From a virus (Duplodnaviria; Caudoviricetes): a stretch of 32,117 nt of DNA. Under the pieces are notes generated by a model. It searched no databases, was not told the DNA's origin, and saw only the letters and a list, made by a program, of their open reading frames with translations. Position 1 is the stretch's first letter, and each line of letters begins with the position of its first letter. The stretch lies in IMG/VR virus record IMGVR_UViG_3300048606_000016, positions 1 through 32,117 of that record; one strand, 5' to 3'. This document shows, one piece after another, positions 8,082 to 17,624 of this stretch. A program made the translations under genes and the position numbers.

Positions 8082-11000
8082 ATGGCCGGAATTGGTGACA
8101 GCTGGGGCACTCGCGAGGAATTGCTCCACCCTCGCGACAGTCACGGGCGTTTCCGTAGCAAGTGGAAGATGTCCCCCTCTGTCCTTGCAGCGGTGGAGAA
8201 GGTGCTTGGCGCCTATCACCCTCGCTTCTTCCAGGGCGACTCTCAGGCAACCCAGTACACCAACAACCTGGGTCACAAGAAGCCTGGTCGTTTCGGTGGA
8301 GGCAAGGGCTTCGCCCGGCTGCAGGCCGATTTCGACAACGCCAACCAGGATCTGCGTGACGGCAAGATCGACGAGCCGTCCACGAAGAGGTTCGTCGACA
8401 TGATGGACGCCTCCATGCAGGAGACGCCCGAAGACCTGATCATCAATCATGTCGCCACCGCTGACGCTTTCGGTCTCACCTCTGACCGGCTGCCTGAGCT
8501 GGAGGAACTGACCGGCGACGTCATCGCTGACCGTGGCTACCTGGCCACCAACCTGGGTACCCCGGCCGCTGGTGGTCAGGGCATCGTCCAAATGCGGATC
8601 GCGGCACCTAAGGGAACGCGGGTCGCCATCCCGGCCAGCAGTGGCACCAATCGAGCCATCTTCATCGACCGCGATCAGGAATTGACCATCACCAAGGTCA
8701 AGCCTGACGGTCGCGGCGGCTACATCATGTCGGTGGTAGCGACCCCGAAGACTCCTGGTGAGACCCCGCTCCCTGAGGCAGGCCACCAAGGTTCCGGCAT
8801 GCCGGCTGACCGGGAAGCCAACATCAAGGGCCTGGAAGACGCAGCCAGCAAGAGGGAGACCGGTAGTCAACCACTAGGTGCACTACCCGGTGAGGCAGCT
8901 GAAACTCCACCAGCGGGGATGACTCCCGAGCAGGTCCGGGCCCAGCGACGGGCAGCCGTACTGGGCAGGGGACCTGCTACCGCACCGCAGGCTCAGCAGC
9001 CGTCAGCAGGTCCCGCGCCCGCTGGTGCGCCTGCTGAACCAGCCACACCAGCGGCGCCGAATGTATCAGCCCCGGCGCCGGCAGAAACTCCCCAGACCCC
9101 GTCGACGCCGGAGTCTCCTAATGGTGCCACCTCCGTGGTCACCGGGGACCCGGCGACCAGCTTCCGTGACGCTGTCTCCTCCGCGAACCTGGAAGCACCA
9201 TCCAACGGTCCACGCCGCAAGGAGTGGAACAGCGCGTACATGGGCATCACGTCCGGCAAGCAACAGCCGGCTGACATGCTGCGTGAGCTTGAGTCGGACA
9301 TCAGTACCAACAAGGAGCTGCAGAAGACCGAGACCGGCCGAGGTGACTCCCTCCTGGCCCGGGACATTGAGAAGCAGGAGCAGCTGGCGGACCTGATCCG
9401 CTCCCACTTCACTCTCGGTGAGCCGAAGAAGCGGGAGGCTCGCGCGGATGTTCGCAACGAGCTCGACACCAAGGCGTCGGCTGCCGCGAAGAAGGCCCTG
9501 ACCCGACCTGGTGGTGGCACGGAGAAGGCGCCGCCGGGCAAGAAGACAGCAGCGGAAGCAGCCCGTCCTGGCCCACTGGCGAAGGTGGCGCCGAAGCGGA
9601 CGGACGGTACGTCAGAGTCCCGTGGCAAGGATCTGAGTACCCAGCAGACGAAGGATGCCGAGGACGACCGCCTCAACGCGGAGCAGCGCGCCCGGTGGTC
9701 GGATGCGGTAGGCGCAGAGCCAGCCAGCATGAAGTCCGGTGACACGGCCGGCAACATTCTGCTCGACGAGACCGCCGACCTTCTCCGCAACGGCAGGGTC
9801 ACTCGGCCCAAGGCGGTTCAGCGTCTGCGCGACCAGGCCAAGGATGACGACACTCCGGAAGCCAACTACCTACGCAAGATCGCTGACACCATCGAAGCCG
9901 ACGAGTCCAAGCCAGCCAAGCGGGTGCCACTGAAGAAGCGTGCACCCAAGGCCGCCCCCGACACGGAGGCAGCGGAGAAGAAGCTCGAAGGTCGCACCGA
10001 GAAGAACATCCTCACCGGCCTCAATGGACTCACGGTCGGAGACCTCCGCGCTCTCGCCGAGAAGTGGGGCGTGGAGACCCGTGGCGAGGACAAGAAGCTC
10101 AAGCTCAAGGCAGCCCTGTCCAAGGAGCTGGCGGCCAAGTGGAAGGCCACGCCTTCCCTGCAACGCAAGGGAAGCGCGGCGAAGGAAGACGTAGCCGCCG
10201 ACTTGAAAAAGGCTGCGCCCGCGAAGCTGGCCGCACCAGCCAAGAGGGCCGCCGCGCCCAAGGTTCTGTCTGATGAGGAGTCCCTGGCCCGGGCACAGAA
10301 GACGCTCGATAACATGGGCAGCGGTGCCCCGATCAGGCGGCCGGCCCCAAGCAAGCTGGGCCCGGCTACCGCAGCTGATGACGCTGCTCTGGCCAAGGCT
10401 CAGAAGACCATCGACAACCTGGGCAAGAAGGCCACACCTGAAGTCAAGGCGCTCAAGGCGATCGAGGTAGCCCCGGACACTCCACCGGTCCTGGCCAAGG
10501 CAGCGAAGGCTGCGGCTCGGGAAGCGGAGATCGCGGCAGCTTTCAAGACGCACCAGGAACGGCTGTCGGACCCGAACAAGAAGACGGTCTCTGCTTCCCG
10601 TCTCAAGGTGGGCGAGAAACTCCTTGCTCAACGTAACGAGGACGGGACCTGGGATAGCAGTGCACGTAAGACGGGAGCCAAGACTCTCACCGTCACTAAG
10701 ATCGATCGGGCAACGGTTGGCAGGCAGAGCGGCTACCTGATCCATGGCACCGACGAGGACGGCAACGAAATCACGCTGCGTCCTCAGACCGGTCAGAACG
10801 TTGTCAACCGCGCTCTGGGTACGCCAGCGAAGAAGGCTGCACCCCCGGAGACTCCTGCCGCCGCACCAGTGCCTGAAGCTCCGAAGGTTCCTGGCATCGA
10901 CACCGCCGAACGGGCCCGGCTACAGGATCGGGCTCGCGCTGCACTGGCTCAGATGCAGGCGGAACAAAACAACACTGACGTACTCGACGAGATGGAGAAA

Positions 11001-13784
11001 CTCCTTCCCGGCGACAAGAACAACGCCCGTGATCTGGTCAAGATGGCCAAGGAGGTTCGCGCTGAAGTTGAGGCCACTAGTGGACCCTCGAAGATCAGCG
11101 TGGATGACCGAGTAGCCGCACGCATGCTGGCTCGGGTCAAGCCTGAATACCGTCAGGGTCTCCTCGACTCCATGGACCCGAAGGACCGTAAGCATCTACT
11201 GGATGTAGCCGAGCGGGTGGCGACTGAGGCTGAGCGGGTCAAGAAGTCCGGAGCCAGCCTAGACAAGATCATGTCTGATGCTGGGATCAAGCGTCCTAGC
11301 GGTGGTCCCGCTGCCCTGGACTACGCCCAAGTGGAACACCTCCTGGGTCAGGGTAAGGTCGCTGAGGCCAGGGGAGAGCTCAAGCGTCTCCTTGACCGGT
11401 CGGACAACAGCCTCAAGTCCTACCGGGCAGGTCTGGAAGCTCCCGGTCAAACTCAGGCCAACAAGGAATTCCTCGGTAAGCGGATCACTGAGGAACTGGA
11501 GCGGGCACAGTGGATACAGAGCGCTGCTGCCGCGCTCCATAGTGGAGACTCCCCGGAACTGGTGACCAAGAAGGAAGTCATCCAGGTAGTGGACCCGGAG
11601 CTAGGAAAAGTCAGCGTCGCTCGGATTAAGGCGGACGCCAAGGCTGCCGGCATCAAGCTGCCCGAGGCTGCCACCACGAAGGACGAGGTACTGACCGAGC
11701 TGGCCCGGGAAATGATCCGGCGCCAGCAAGCCGGCAACCCGATCGACCTCACACCACCAGCGCCACTGCCGAAGAAGAAGGCTGCACCCAAACCACCGGC
11801 TGCCAAGATCGACGCCCGCACCCTGGTACCAGACCAGGCGTACGCCGAAGCACCAGGCTCCGTCGGCAATGACAAGAACATGCTGGACCGGATTCAACGT
11901 CTCCTTGATGGTGACACTGAAGCTCTCCGTGAGAGCGGGCTACCCAAAGATGCGACACCTGCCGCTATCGGACGGTGGCTGGACAGTTGGAGCCGGGGAG
12001 CCGGCAGTCCTGGCTACGCCGCAGCAACCAACACCATTCTTGTTGATGGGGCGAAGAGGCGGCTGAAGAACTCAGTCACCCCCGAAGACATCGCCATTGC
12101 ACGCGCAGAGTTGGCGGATGCTGAAGCCAATACGCAGATGTACCGCGCCCAGAGTGCACGATGGAAAGCACTCGCGGAGGCGTTGAAGAAGACCAGGCGT
12201 ACCAGAGCTACACCTGCCGCCAAGGCTGACGTGGAAACCGAGCTCCGTCAGATGACTCCCACCGAGGCAGTGGAGGCTGGTATCTCCCAGGTGGAGATCG
12301 TACGTGGACAGCTGCCGATGAAACGGGTACCGAAGAAGGTCTCCAAGGCAGTCCAGAGCAACCTGTCCCCGCTCGCTGATGATGACCTGAAGAAGATCAC
12401 CGAGAGTCCACAGTTCGGTGACGACCAGAAGGCCACCGTTGCCGCCGAGCTGGCCCGGCGTACAGCCGCGAAGAAGGCCACCGTCCCGGTCAAGGAGACG
12501 CTGGCCCGTGCGGCTAAGTCCACGCCAGTGAAGAAAGCTGTCCCCAGCACAGTTGTCACGGACACAGAGAAAGAAGTCCGGGAGGCAGAGAGTCGACTGG
12601 CTAGGCTCCAAGACCGCCTGGATAGTCCGGACCTGGACGAGAACACTCGTGGGCAGATTGAAGACGACATCGACACTGCCCGCGATGAACGTGACACTGC
12701 CCGAGAGAACCTCCAGGACGCTCAGGCCGCAGTTAAGAAGGCAGCGAAGAAAGCTGCACCTGGCGTGGAAGCGCAGGTGGAGGTTAAGCGTGAGGTAGCA
12801 GCAGCGAAGAAGGTCGCCAAGGCAGCTAAGCCTTCCACTGGTGGCAGCATGACCCGCGAAGAATTGATGGACGCCCCACTCGGTGACCTGGTCGACATGG
12901 AAATTGACCTGGGCATCAGGCGTGGCAGCCTACTGAAGGCTGACCGGGTTGACGCCATCATGAAGGCCAGGGAAGCTGCTGCGGAGCCGGTGAAGGTGAA
13001 GACGGCCAAGGCTGTGAAGAGCGTGGAACCTAGCGCTCCTACGCCACCGACGAAGAAGGCTGGCGCACCAGTGCAGCCGGTCTACCAGGCCGGGGATGAC
13101 AATGGCCGGATCAAGATCATCAAGCGGACCAAGGAAGACACACCTCTCGTGCTGCCCAACGGCGGCTCAGATCAAGGCCTGTTCCACCTCGATTCCTCGC
13201 TCGGCAAACTGTGGGGAGACCTGTACAACGACCAGCGTGAACCGAACTCATTTATCAACGAGATCGCTAACGCCGGCAACAGCATGGGTCGCGACGAGCA
13301 GTCCCTGAACCAGGTCATCGCCCGCCTTGAGAAACTCAAGGGACAGGCATCCGACTCCGGTATCGCCGACCGGGTCCAAGAAGCTATCGATGGCATGAAC
13401 GCACCCGAGGTAAAGGTACCCAAGATTGAAGGGGTGCCGCCGGCCATCCAACGGTTCCTGGAAGAACTCGCTGACATTCCCACGGCCAGGAAGACAGGCA
13501 GGATCGGCGCCAGTCAACGTAAGACCTCGGTACTGGATGACAAAATTCAGATCATCCGCGATATCCAGGCCGGGAAGCTGAGATCCGAAGAGGCGGAACG
13601 AAAGCTTAAGAACCGAGACCTCCATGAGAGTGCTGACGCGGCGCACAAGATGTGGAAGCTGGCCGAGCAACTTCTGATCCGCCAGATCCAGAAGGCTCAG
13701 GGCGGAAAGCTGGTTGAGACACCTAACCCCAACTACAAAGAAGTGATTGACTGGATCAGGGAACATGACCCTCGACGTAAGTAA
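8082..13784 (+). CDS. Giant putative internal virion protein (1900 aa): degenerate VIP2-like ART domain, HeH-like motifs, Lys/Ala/Pro-rich linkers
   Basis: Long ORF in the head module; HPRDSHGRF at aa 16-24; ART-fold pattern at aa 80-222; HeH/Rho-N-like motifs near nt 10020, 11601 and 12865. Confidence 0.8.
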   Translation: MAGIGDSWGTREELLHPRDSHGRFRSKWKMSPSVLAAVEKVLGAYHPRFFQGDSQATQYTNNLGHKKPGRFGGGKGFARLQADFDNANQDLRDGKIDEPSTKRFVDMMDASMQETPEDLIINHVATADAFGLTSDRLPELEELTGDVIADRGYLATNLGTPAAGGQGIVQMRIAAPKGTRVAIPASSGTNRAIFIDRDQELTITKVKPDGRGGYIMSVVATPKTPGETPLPEAGHQGSGMPADREANIKGLEDAASKRETGSQPLGALPGEAAETPPAGMTPEQVRAQRRAAVLGRGPATAPQAQQPSAGPAPAGAPAEPATPAAPNVSAPAPAETPQTPSTPESPNGATSVVTGDPATSFRDAVSSANLEAPSNGPRRKEWNSAYMGITSGKQQPADMLRELESDISTNKELQKTETGRGDSLLARDIEKQEQLADLIRSHFTLGEPKKREARADVRNELDTKASAAAKKALTRPGGGTEKAPPGKKTAAEAARPGPLAKVAPKRTDGTSESRGKDLSTQQTKDAEDDRLNAEQRARWSDAVGAEPASMKSGDTAGNILLDETADLLRNGRVTRPKAVQRLRDQAKDDDTPEANYLRKIADTIEADESKPAKRVPLKKRAPKAAPDTEAAEKKLEGRTEKNILTGLNGLTVGDLRALAEKWGVETRGEDKKLKLKAALSKELAAKWKATPSLQRKGSAAKEDVAADLKKAAPAKLAAPAKRAAAPKVLSDEESLARAQKTLDNMGSGAPIRRPAPSKLGPATAADDAALAKAQKTIDNLGKKATPEVKALKAIEVAPDTPPVLAKAAKAAAREAEIAAAFKTHQERLSDPNKKTVSASRLKVGEKLLAQRNEDGTWDSSARKTGAKTLTVTKIDRATVGRQSGYLIHGTDEDGNEITLRPQTGQNVVNRALGTPAKKAAPPETPAAAPVPEAPKVPGIDTAERARLQDRARAALAQMQAEQNNTDVLDEMEKLLPGDKNNARDLVKMAKEVRAEVEATSGPSKISVDDRVAARMLARVKPEYRQGLLDSMDPKDRKHLLDVAERVATEAERVKKSGASLDKIMSDAGIKRPSGGPAALDYAQVEHLLGQGKVAEARGELKRLLDRSDNSLKSYRAGLEAPGQTQANKEFLGKRITEELERAQWIQSAAAALHSGDSPELVTKKEVIQVVDPELGKVSVARIKADAKAAGIKLPEAATTKDEVLTELAREMIRRQQAGNPIDLTPPAPLPKKKAAPKPPAAKIDARTLVPDQAYAEAPGSVGNDKNMLDRIQRLLDGDTEALRESGLPKDATPAAIGRWLDSWSRGAGSPGYAAATNTILVDGAKRRLKNSVTPEDIAIARAELADAEANTQMYRAQSARWKALAEALKKTRRTRATPAAKADVETELRQMTPTEAVEAGISQVEIVRGQLPMKRVPKKVSKAVQSNLSPLADDDLKKITESPQFGDDQKATVAAELARRTAAKKATVPVKETLARAAKSTPVKKAVPSTVVTDTEKEVREAESRLARLQDRLDSPDLDENTRGQIEDDIDTARDERDTARENLQDAQAAVKKAAKKAAPGVEAQVEVKREVAAAKKVAKAAKPSTGGSMTREELMDAPLGDLVDMEIDLGIRRGSLLKADRVDAIMKAREAAAEPVKVKTAKAVKSVEPSAPTPPTKKAGAPVQPVYQAGDDNGRIKIIKRTKEDTPLVLPNGGSDQGLFHLDSSLGKLWGDLYNDQREPNSFINEIANAGNSMGRDEQSLNQVIARLEKLKGQASDSGIADRVQEAIDGMNAPEVKVPKIEGVPPAIQRFLEELADIPTARKTGRIGASQRKTSVLDDKIQIIRDIQAGKLRSEEAERKLKNRDLHESADAAHKMWKLAEQLLIRQIQKAQGGKLVETPNPNYKEVIDWIREHDPRRK

Positions 13785-13795
13785 GGAGGTGTGAT

Positions 13796-13951
13796 ATGGG
13801 ATGCGGATGCAACGGTGACAAGGTGGTTGAGAAGGAACCAGAGTTCATCGTTACTTACCCAAACGGGGAGAAAAAGCCTGTAACGGGTGAACACGCTGCC
13901 AAGGTGGCGCAAACGCTCGGGCCCGCAGGAACGACATATTCCAGGGCATAG
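13796..13951 (+). CDS. Small MGCGC-motif protein (51 aa)
   Basis: Below the ORF-track cutoff. Perfect AAGGAGGT RBS at 13783-13790; MGCGCNGDKVVEKEPEFIVTYPNGEKKPVTGEHAAKVAQTLGPAGTTYSRA; similar small M.C.C genes precede the capsid gene in related phages (from memory). Confidence 0.85.
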   Translation: MGCGCNGDKVVEKEPEFIVTYPNGEKKPVTGEHAAKVAQTLGPAGTTYSRA

Positions 13952-13952
13952 G

Positions 13953-14029
13953 TGTTACCATCCCCTTAGATCGGTGGCTGTAGCTGTGGGCCTGCACCGG
14001 GAGAAACTCTTCCCGTTGAGAGGCCCACA
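13953..14029 (+). promoter_or_regulatory. Candidate capsid promoter (extended -10 TGtTACCAT) and structured 5' leader
   Basis: TACCAT at 13956-13961; TGTGGGCCT (13985-13993) is complementary to AGGCCCACA (14021-14029) next to the start codon. Confidence 0.55.
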
Positions 14030-15742
14030 ATGCTTTTTGAAATCCCCGAAGACCTGACCGTCTTCACGCTGTCTGCCCTGGGGGCGAAGCGTGACGAGGC
14101 GGAGACCGAATACAATTCCGCGCTTTCCGAGGTTGACGCCGCGTCGGTAACCGACGAGCAGATCGAGGAACTGTCCGCGCTCAAGCAGTTCTACAAGTAC
14201 GACGTGGCCGCCGAGATTCAGGGCCGCAAGGATCGTGCTGAGCAGTTCGCCGCACTCACTGCTCCTGACGCTGAGCCCGTGGTCGAGGAGACCAAGGAGC
14301 CAGAGCCGGTCACCGCGTCCGCTGGCGTCACCACGACTGAGGAAGTCGTGAAGGTGACGGTCGCCGACATCATCAACAAGGACGGCACGAACGTTTCCAC
14401 CGCCTCCTACCGTCAGGGTTATTCGACCCTGGTGGCAGCTGCGGGCGTACCGGACTACGAGGCCGGTCACAAGTTCGATTCCATGCTGGACGTTGCCAAG
14501 GCGTTCATCGCTCGCAGTGCCGGCCACGGTGGTGCGTCGGGTCCAGTAGGTACGGGTCCGATCCACTACCCAGTCGCGAAGATGATCCGTGACTACCCGG
14601 ACGAGTACAGCGTCAACGGTGACGACGGCGACTACGACAAGATCATGGCCGCCGCGAACGAGTCCCGGCTTCCGGGTGGTTCGCTGATCGCCTCTTCCGA
14701 GCTGCGTCGCAAGGAAATCGAATCCCTCGGCAGTGGTCGTGACTCCCTGGTCGCGGCTGCCGGCTGGTGTGCACCGTCGGAGACCGACTACGACATCTGT
14801 CTCCAGATCACCAGCGATGGCCTACTGGACGTTCCTGAAGTTCAGGCCCGCCGTGGCGGTATCCGCCACAACCAAGGCATCGACTTCAGCTACATCTTCG
14901 GTAGCGGTACTGGCTTCTTTAACCTGACTGAAGCTCAGGTCGCCGCCGGCACCACCAAGACGTGCCTGGAAATCCCCTGCCCGCCGTTCATCGACGACCG
15001 GCTGGGTGTCACCGGTATCTGCCTCACCGGCAATATCCTGAGCATCCGGGGCTACCCGGAGTTCACCGCCACGTTCACCCGTGGCGCGATGGCCGCGTCC
15101 GCGCACCAGGTCAACCGTGAGCAGATCGCCGCGATGGTGGCGGACTCGGTCGCGGTCAACCTGACTGCTGCCGCCCCGTGGGCAACCGACGCCAGCGTTG
15201 TGTCTCAGGTGCTGTCGGCCCTGGAAGTTGCTGCCGTTGACATCAAGTACCGCCTCCGTCTGCAGCGCACGGCGACGCTGGAGGTAGTTCTGCCTTACTG
15301 GATCCTCGCCCAGATGCGGGCCGACTGGATCCGTCGTAACGGTGGCGACTACGCCAACACGCTGACGCTGGCTGACTCGGCGATCAGTGGTGCCATGGGA
15401 GCCCGTGGCGTCCGCGCTCAGTACGTGTACGACTGGCAGGACTCGTTCTCGAACTCGCTCGCGGCTTCGGGTACGTCGCCGGGTGCGTCCACTCCGATCA
15501 CCGAACTCCCGACCAGCCTTCAGTTCCTGATCTACCCAGCTGGTACATGGGTGCGTGCAGTTTCCGATGTCATCACCCTGAACTCGGTGTACGACTCCAC
15601 GAAGCTGGCCACCAACCAGGTAACCCACCTCTTCACGGAGACCGGTTGGAAGATGGTTCGGATGTGCCCGCTGTCCAGGGTCTACACCATCGGCATCTGC
15701 CCGAACGGCAAGACCGGGCTACAGCGAGACATCACCTGCTAG
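14030..15742 (+). CDS. Major capsid (hexamer) protein with N-terminal scaffold-like region
   Basis: SLVAAAGWCAPSET.YD, LLDVPEVQARRGGI, K.C.EIPCP.F...RL...G.CLT..IL..RGYPE, QYVYDWQ, YDST.L..N; acidic coiled-coil N-terminus. Confidence 0.95.
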   Translation: MLFEIPEDLTVFTLSALGAKRDEAETEYNSALSEVDAASVTDEQIEELSALKQFYKYDVAAEIQGRKDRAEQFAALTAPDAEPVVEETKEPEPVTASAGVTTTEEVVKVTVADIINKDGTNVSTASYRQGYSTLVAAAGVPDYEAGHKFDSMLDVAKAFIARSAGHGGASGPVGTGPIHYPVAKMIRDYPDEYSVNGDDGDYDKIMAAANESRLPGGSLIASSELRRKEIESLGSGRDSLVAAAGWCAPSETDYDICLQITSDGLLDVPEVQARRGGIRHNQGIDFSYIFGSGTGFFNLTEAQVAAGTTKTCLEIPCPPFIDDRLGVTGICLTGNILSIRGYPEFTATFTRGAMAASAHQVNREQIAAMVADSVAVNLTAAAPWATDASVVSQVLSALEVAAVDIKYRLRLQRTATLEVVLPYWILAQMRADWIRRNGGDYANTLTLADSAISGAMGARGVRAQYVYDWQDSFSNSLAASGTSPGASTPITELPTSLQFLIYPAGTWVRAVSDVITLNSVYDSTKLATNQVTHLFTETGWKMVRMCPLSRVYTIGICPNGKTGLQRDITC

Positions 15743-15750
15743 TAGGGCTC

Positions 15751-15780
15751 GGGGGCCGGGTAACCGGCCCCCTTCGCTTC
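15751..15780 (+). terminator. Terminator/attenuator hairpin after the major capsid gene
   Basis: GGGGGCCGG-GTAA-CCGGCCCCC (9-bp stem, GNRA loop) followed by a weak T tract TTCGCTTC. Confidence 0.75.
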
Positions 15781-15802
15781 AGTCCTACTGGAAGGAGTAG
15801 CT

Positions 15803-16645
15803 GTGGCCGTTTTTAATGCGCTGTATTACGCGGAGCCCCCGCCGCCGCCGGTCCGCCAACCGGGGCTGTTCGATGCTGCCGTGGGCCCGTTGCCTTTCCC
15901 CAGCCCGAACGCGGTTGGTGGAGGTGTTCAGTACATCCCTGACACGTGTGGGGATGTGTACTTCTGGGGCATGAACTGCCCCCCGGTGTCGGGCGCGAAA
16001 ACGTTCCAGACGCTGCCGGCCGCAGTGTCCGGTCTGCCGTTCGGTGTGTACACGTCGTACACGTGCTCCATGGTGGGCATGCCGTACGACGAAGCACGTC
16101 AGCGTGTCCTGACCCGTGCGGAGCTTCGGTTCCAACGGGGCGTGGAGGAGGTGTTCTGGGGCGGCACCAACGCTGCACCTGGACTTCCTGGCCTGACGGG
16201 TCTGCTGCGTGGATCCACTCCACTGACCGCTGCCTCGTGTCCGGTCACGGCGGTGGCGATCCTGGAGCAGGGTCTGGCAGACAACAACATTGTCGGTGGA
16301 GTAATCCACGCCCGGCCATACATGGCACCGTTCCTCGCCAACAACCATCTCCTGCTCCCACGTGGGCGCGGATGGCAGACGTACAACGGCACACCGGTTG
16401 TGTTCGGTCAGGGTTACGACGGCACCGGTCCCAGCGGAGAAGCGGTCACCACCACGGTGGAGTACATGTACGCCACCGGACGCCCGATCATCTGGCAGGA
16501 CCCGGAGATCTTCGTCAACCCGATTGAGGGTGGCCTCAACCAGTCCACGAACGTGCTGACTCTCCTGGCGGAGCAGATCTACGCCATGGCGATCGAGTGC
16601 GGGAAGTTCTCTGTGGCTGTCACTCGGGACTGCACCACCACATGA
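15803..16645 (+). CDS. Second capsid protein (pentamer-type)
   Basis: GLFDAA, GGVQY...C, PF.VY....C, VE..FW, GVIHA, T..GTPVVFG.GY, YATG; follows the MCP as in cluster-B-like phages; AAGGAG RBS. Confidence 0.8.
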   Translation: MAVFNALYYAEPPPPPVRQPGLFDAAVGPLPFPSPNAVGGGVQYIPDTCGDVYFWGMNCPPVSGAKTFQTLPAAVSGLPFGVYTSYTCSMVGMPYDEARQRVLTRAELRFQRGVEEVFWGGTNAAPGLPGLTGLLRGSTPLTAASCPVTAVAILEQGLADNNIVGGVIHARPYMAPFLANNHLLLPRGRGWQTYNGTPVVFGQGYDGTGPSGEAVTTTVEYMYATGRPIIWQDPEIFVNPIEGGLNQSTNVLTLLAEQIYAMAIECGKFSVAVTRDCTTT

Positions 16646-16857
16646 TCACCTTGAAGCCAACAGCCGATGAGCTTCCGGACATGGTTCGGACGCTCACCGA
16701 CTTGGCAGTGTCCCAGTATGACGTAGGTACCACGATGGATCATGGGCCCATCGCCCTGGTCATTCCTGAGTACCTGTTCGCCCGGTACCGCCGGTACCAG
16801 GAACTTGGATTCGAGTCTTCGCCGCCTGTAGAGCCGAAGAAGCGGAGCAGGAAATGA
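16642..16857 (+). CDS. Hypothetical protein (71 aa)
   Basis: ATGA overlaps at both ends; start moved from 16597 to 16642. Confidence 0.7.
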   Translation: MITLKPTADELPDMVRTLTDLAVSQYDVGTTMDHGPIALVIPEYLFARYRRYQELGFESSPPVEPKKRSRK

Positions 16858-17573
16858 CCTCTGTTTGCTATACCCCATTCAAGGTTCCACGGATCCGGGC
16901 GACCAAGACCAACGTGGACTGTGGCCAGCCGGTCACCGGATGTTCCACCGTTGTCTCCGACGGCATCATCTCCATCGAGATGACGAAGGAGTACGAGGAC
17001 CGGGAAGAGTTCTTCGTCAAGAACGGTGACGGTGTCTTCTGTGTCAAGGAGACCAACCCACCGATCCTGAAGTGGATCAACCTGGTCATCACCTTGTGCA
17101 ACGTGGACCCGGAGCTCGTCAACATCATGACGTCCGAGCCTCTGGTCCTGGACAACGCACCGTCGCCTCGGGCTACCGGTTTCAGCACCCAGGAAGGGAC
17201 AGCGGCTACCGCGTCCTTCGCCCTGGAAGGCTGGACCCGACTGTCCGGGCTCACGGGTGGTGCAGCGTGCACGGGTGGCGTGGAATACGGCTACGTCCTG
17301 TACCCGTGGGTTATCGAGGGCACCGTGGGTGACTTGACCTACGAGAACGGCGCGGCCAGCTTCGTCGTCAACGCGCGTACCCGGTCCAACTCCACCTGGG
17401 GCACGGGCCCGTACAACGTGGACCTGTCGGACGCTACGGCCAACCTGAACACGCCGATTCCTCTACTGACTCCGATCCTGAGCAACCAGCATCACCGGAT
17501 GTTCCTGACTCGACTGGCCCCACCGACGTCTGCGTGTGGCTGCACTACCCTGTCGAGCTTGATTCCCAGCTAG
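16854..17573 (+). CDS. Major tail (tube) protein
   Basis: RIRATK...CG.P, E.FVKNGDG.FC, LCNVDPEL, FALE.W, YGY.LYPWV..G..GD...ENGA.SF, WG.GPY.V. Confidence 0.9.
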   Translation: MTSVCYTPFKVPRIRATKTNVDCGQPVTGCSTVVSDGIISIEMTKEYEDREEFFVKNGDGVFCVKETNPPILKWINLVITLCNVDPELVNIMTSEPLVLDNAPSPRATGFSTQEGTAATASFALEGWTRLSGLTGGAACTGGVEYGYVLYPWVIEGTVGDLTYENGAASFVVNARTRSNSTWGTGPYNVDLSDATANLNTPIPLLTPILSNQHHRMFLTRLAPPTSACGCTTLSSLIPS

Positions 17574-17624
17574 TCTGATCATGCTGCAAGCACGGGTTGC
17601 GTTTTAAGTAGGACGGGAGTCGAG

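Noticed and set aside
7404-8870. 488-aa minus-strand ORF and many other long antisense ORFs (e.g. 3678..4748, 5841..6692, 9870..10745, 14822..15628)
   Set aside because: Shadows of high-GC sense genes; no motifs, and fully overlapped by well-supported plus-strand CDSs.
13615-13650. HESADAAH as a metalloprotease motif in the giant protein
   Set aside because: Spacing does not fit HExxH and no supporting context.
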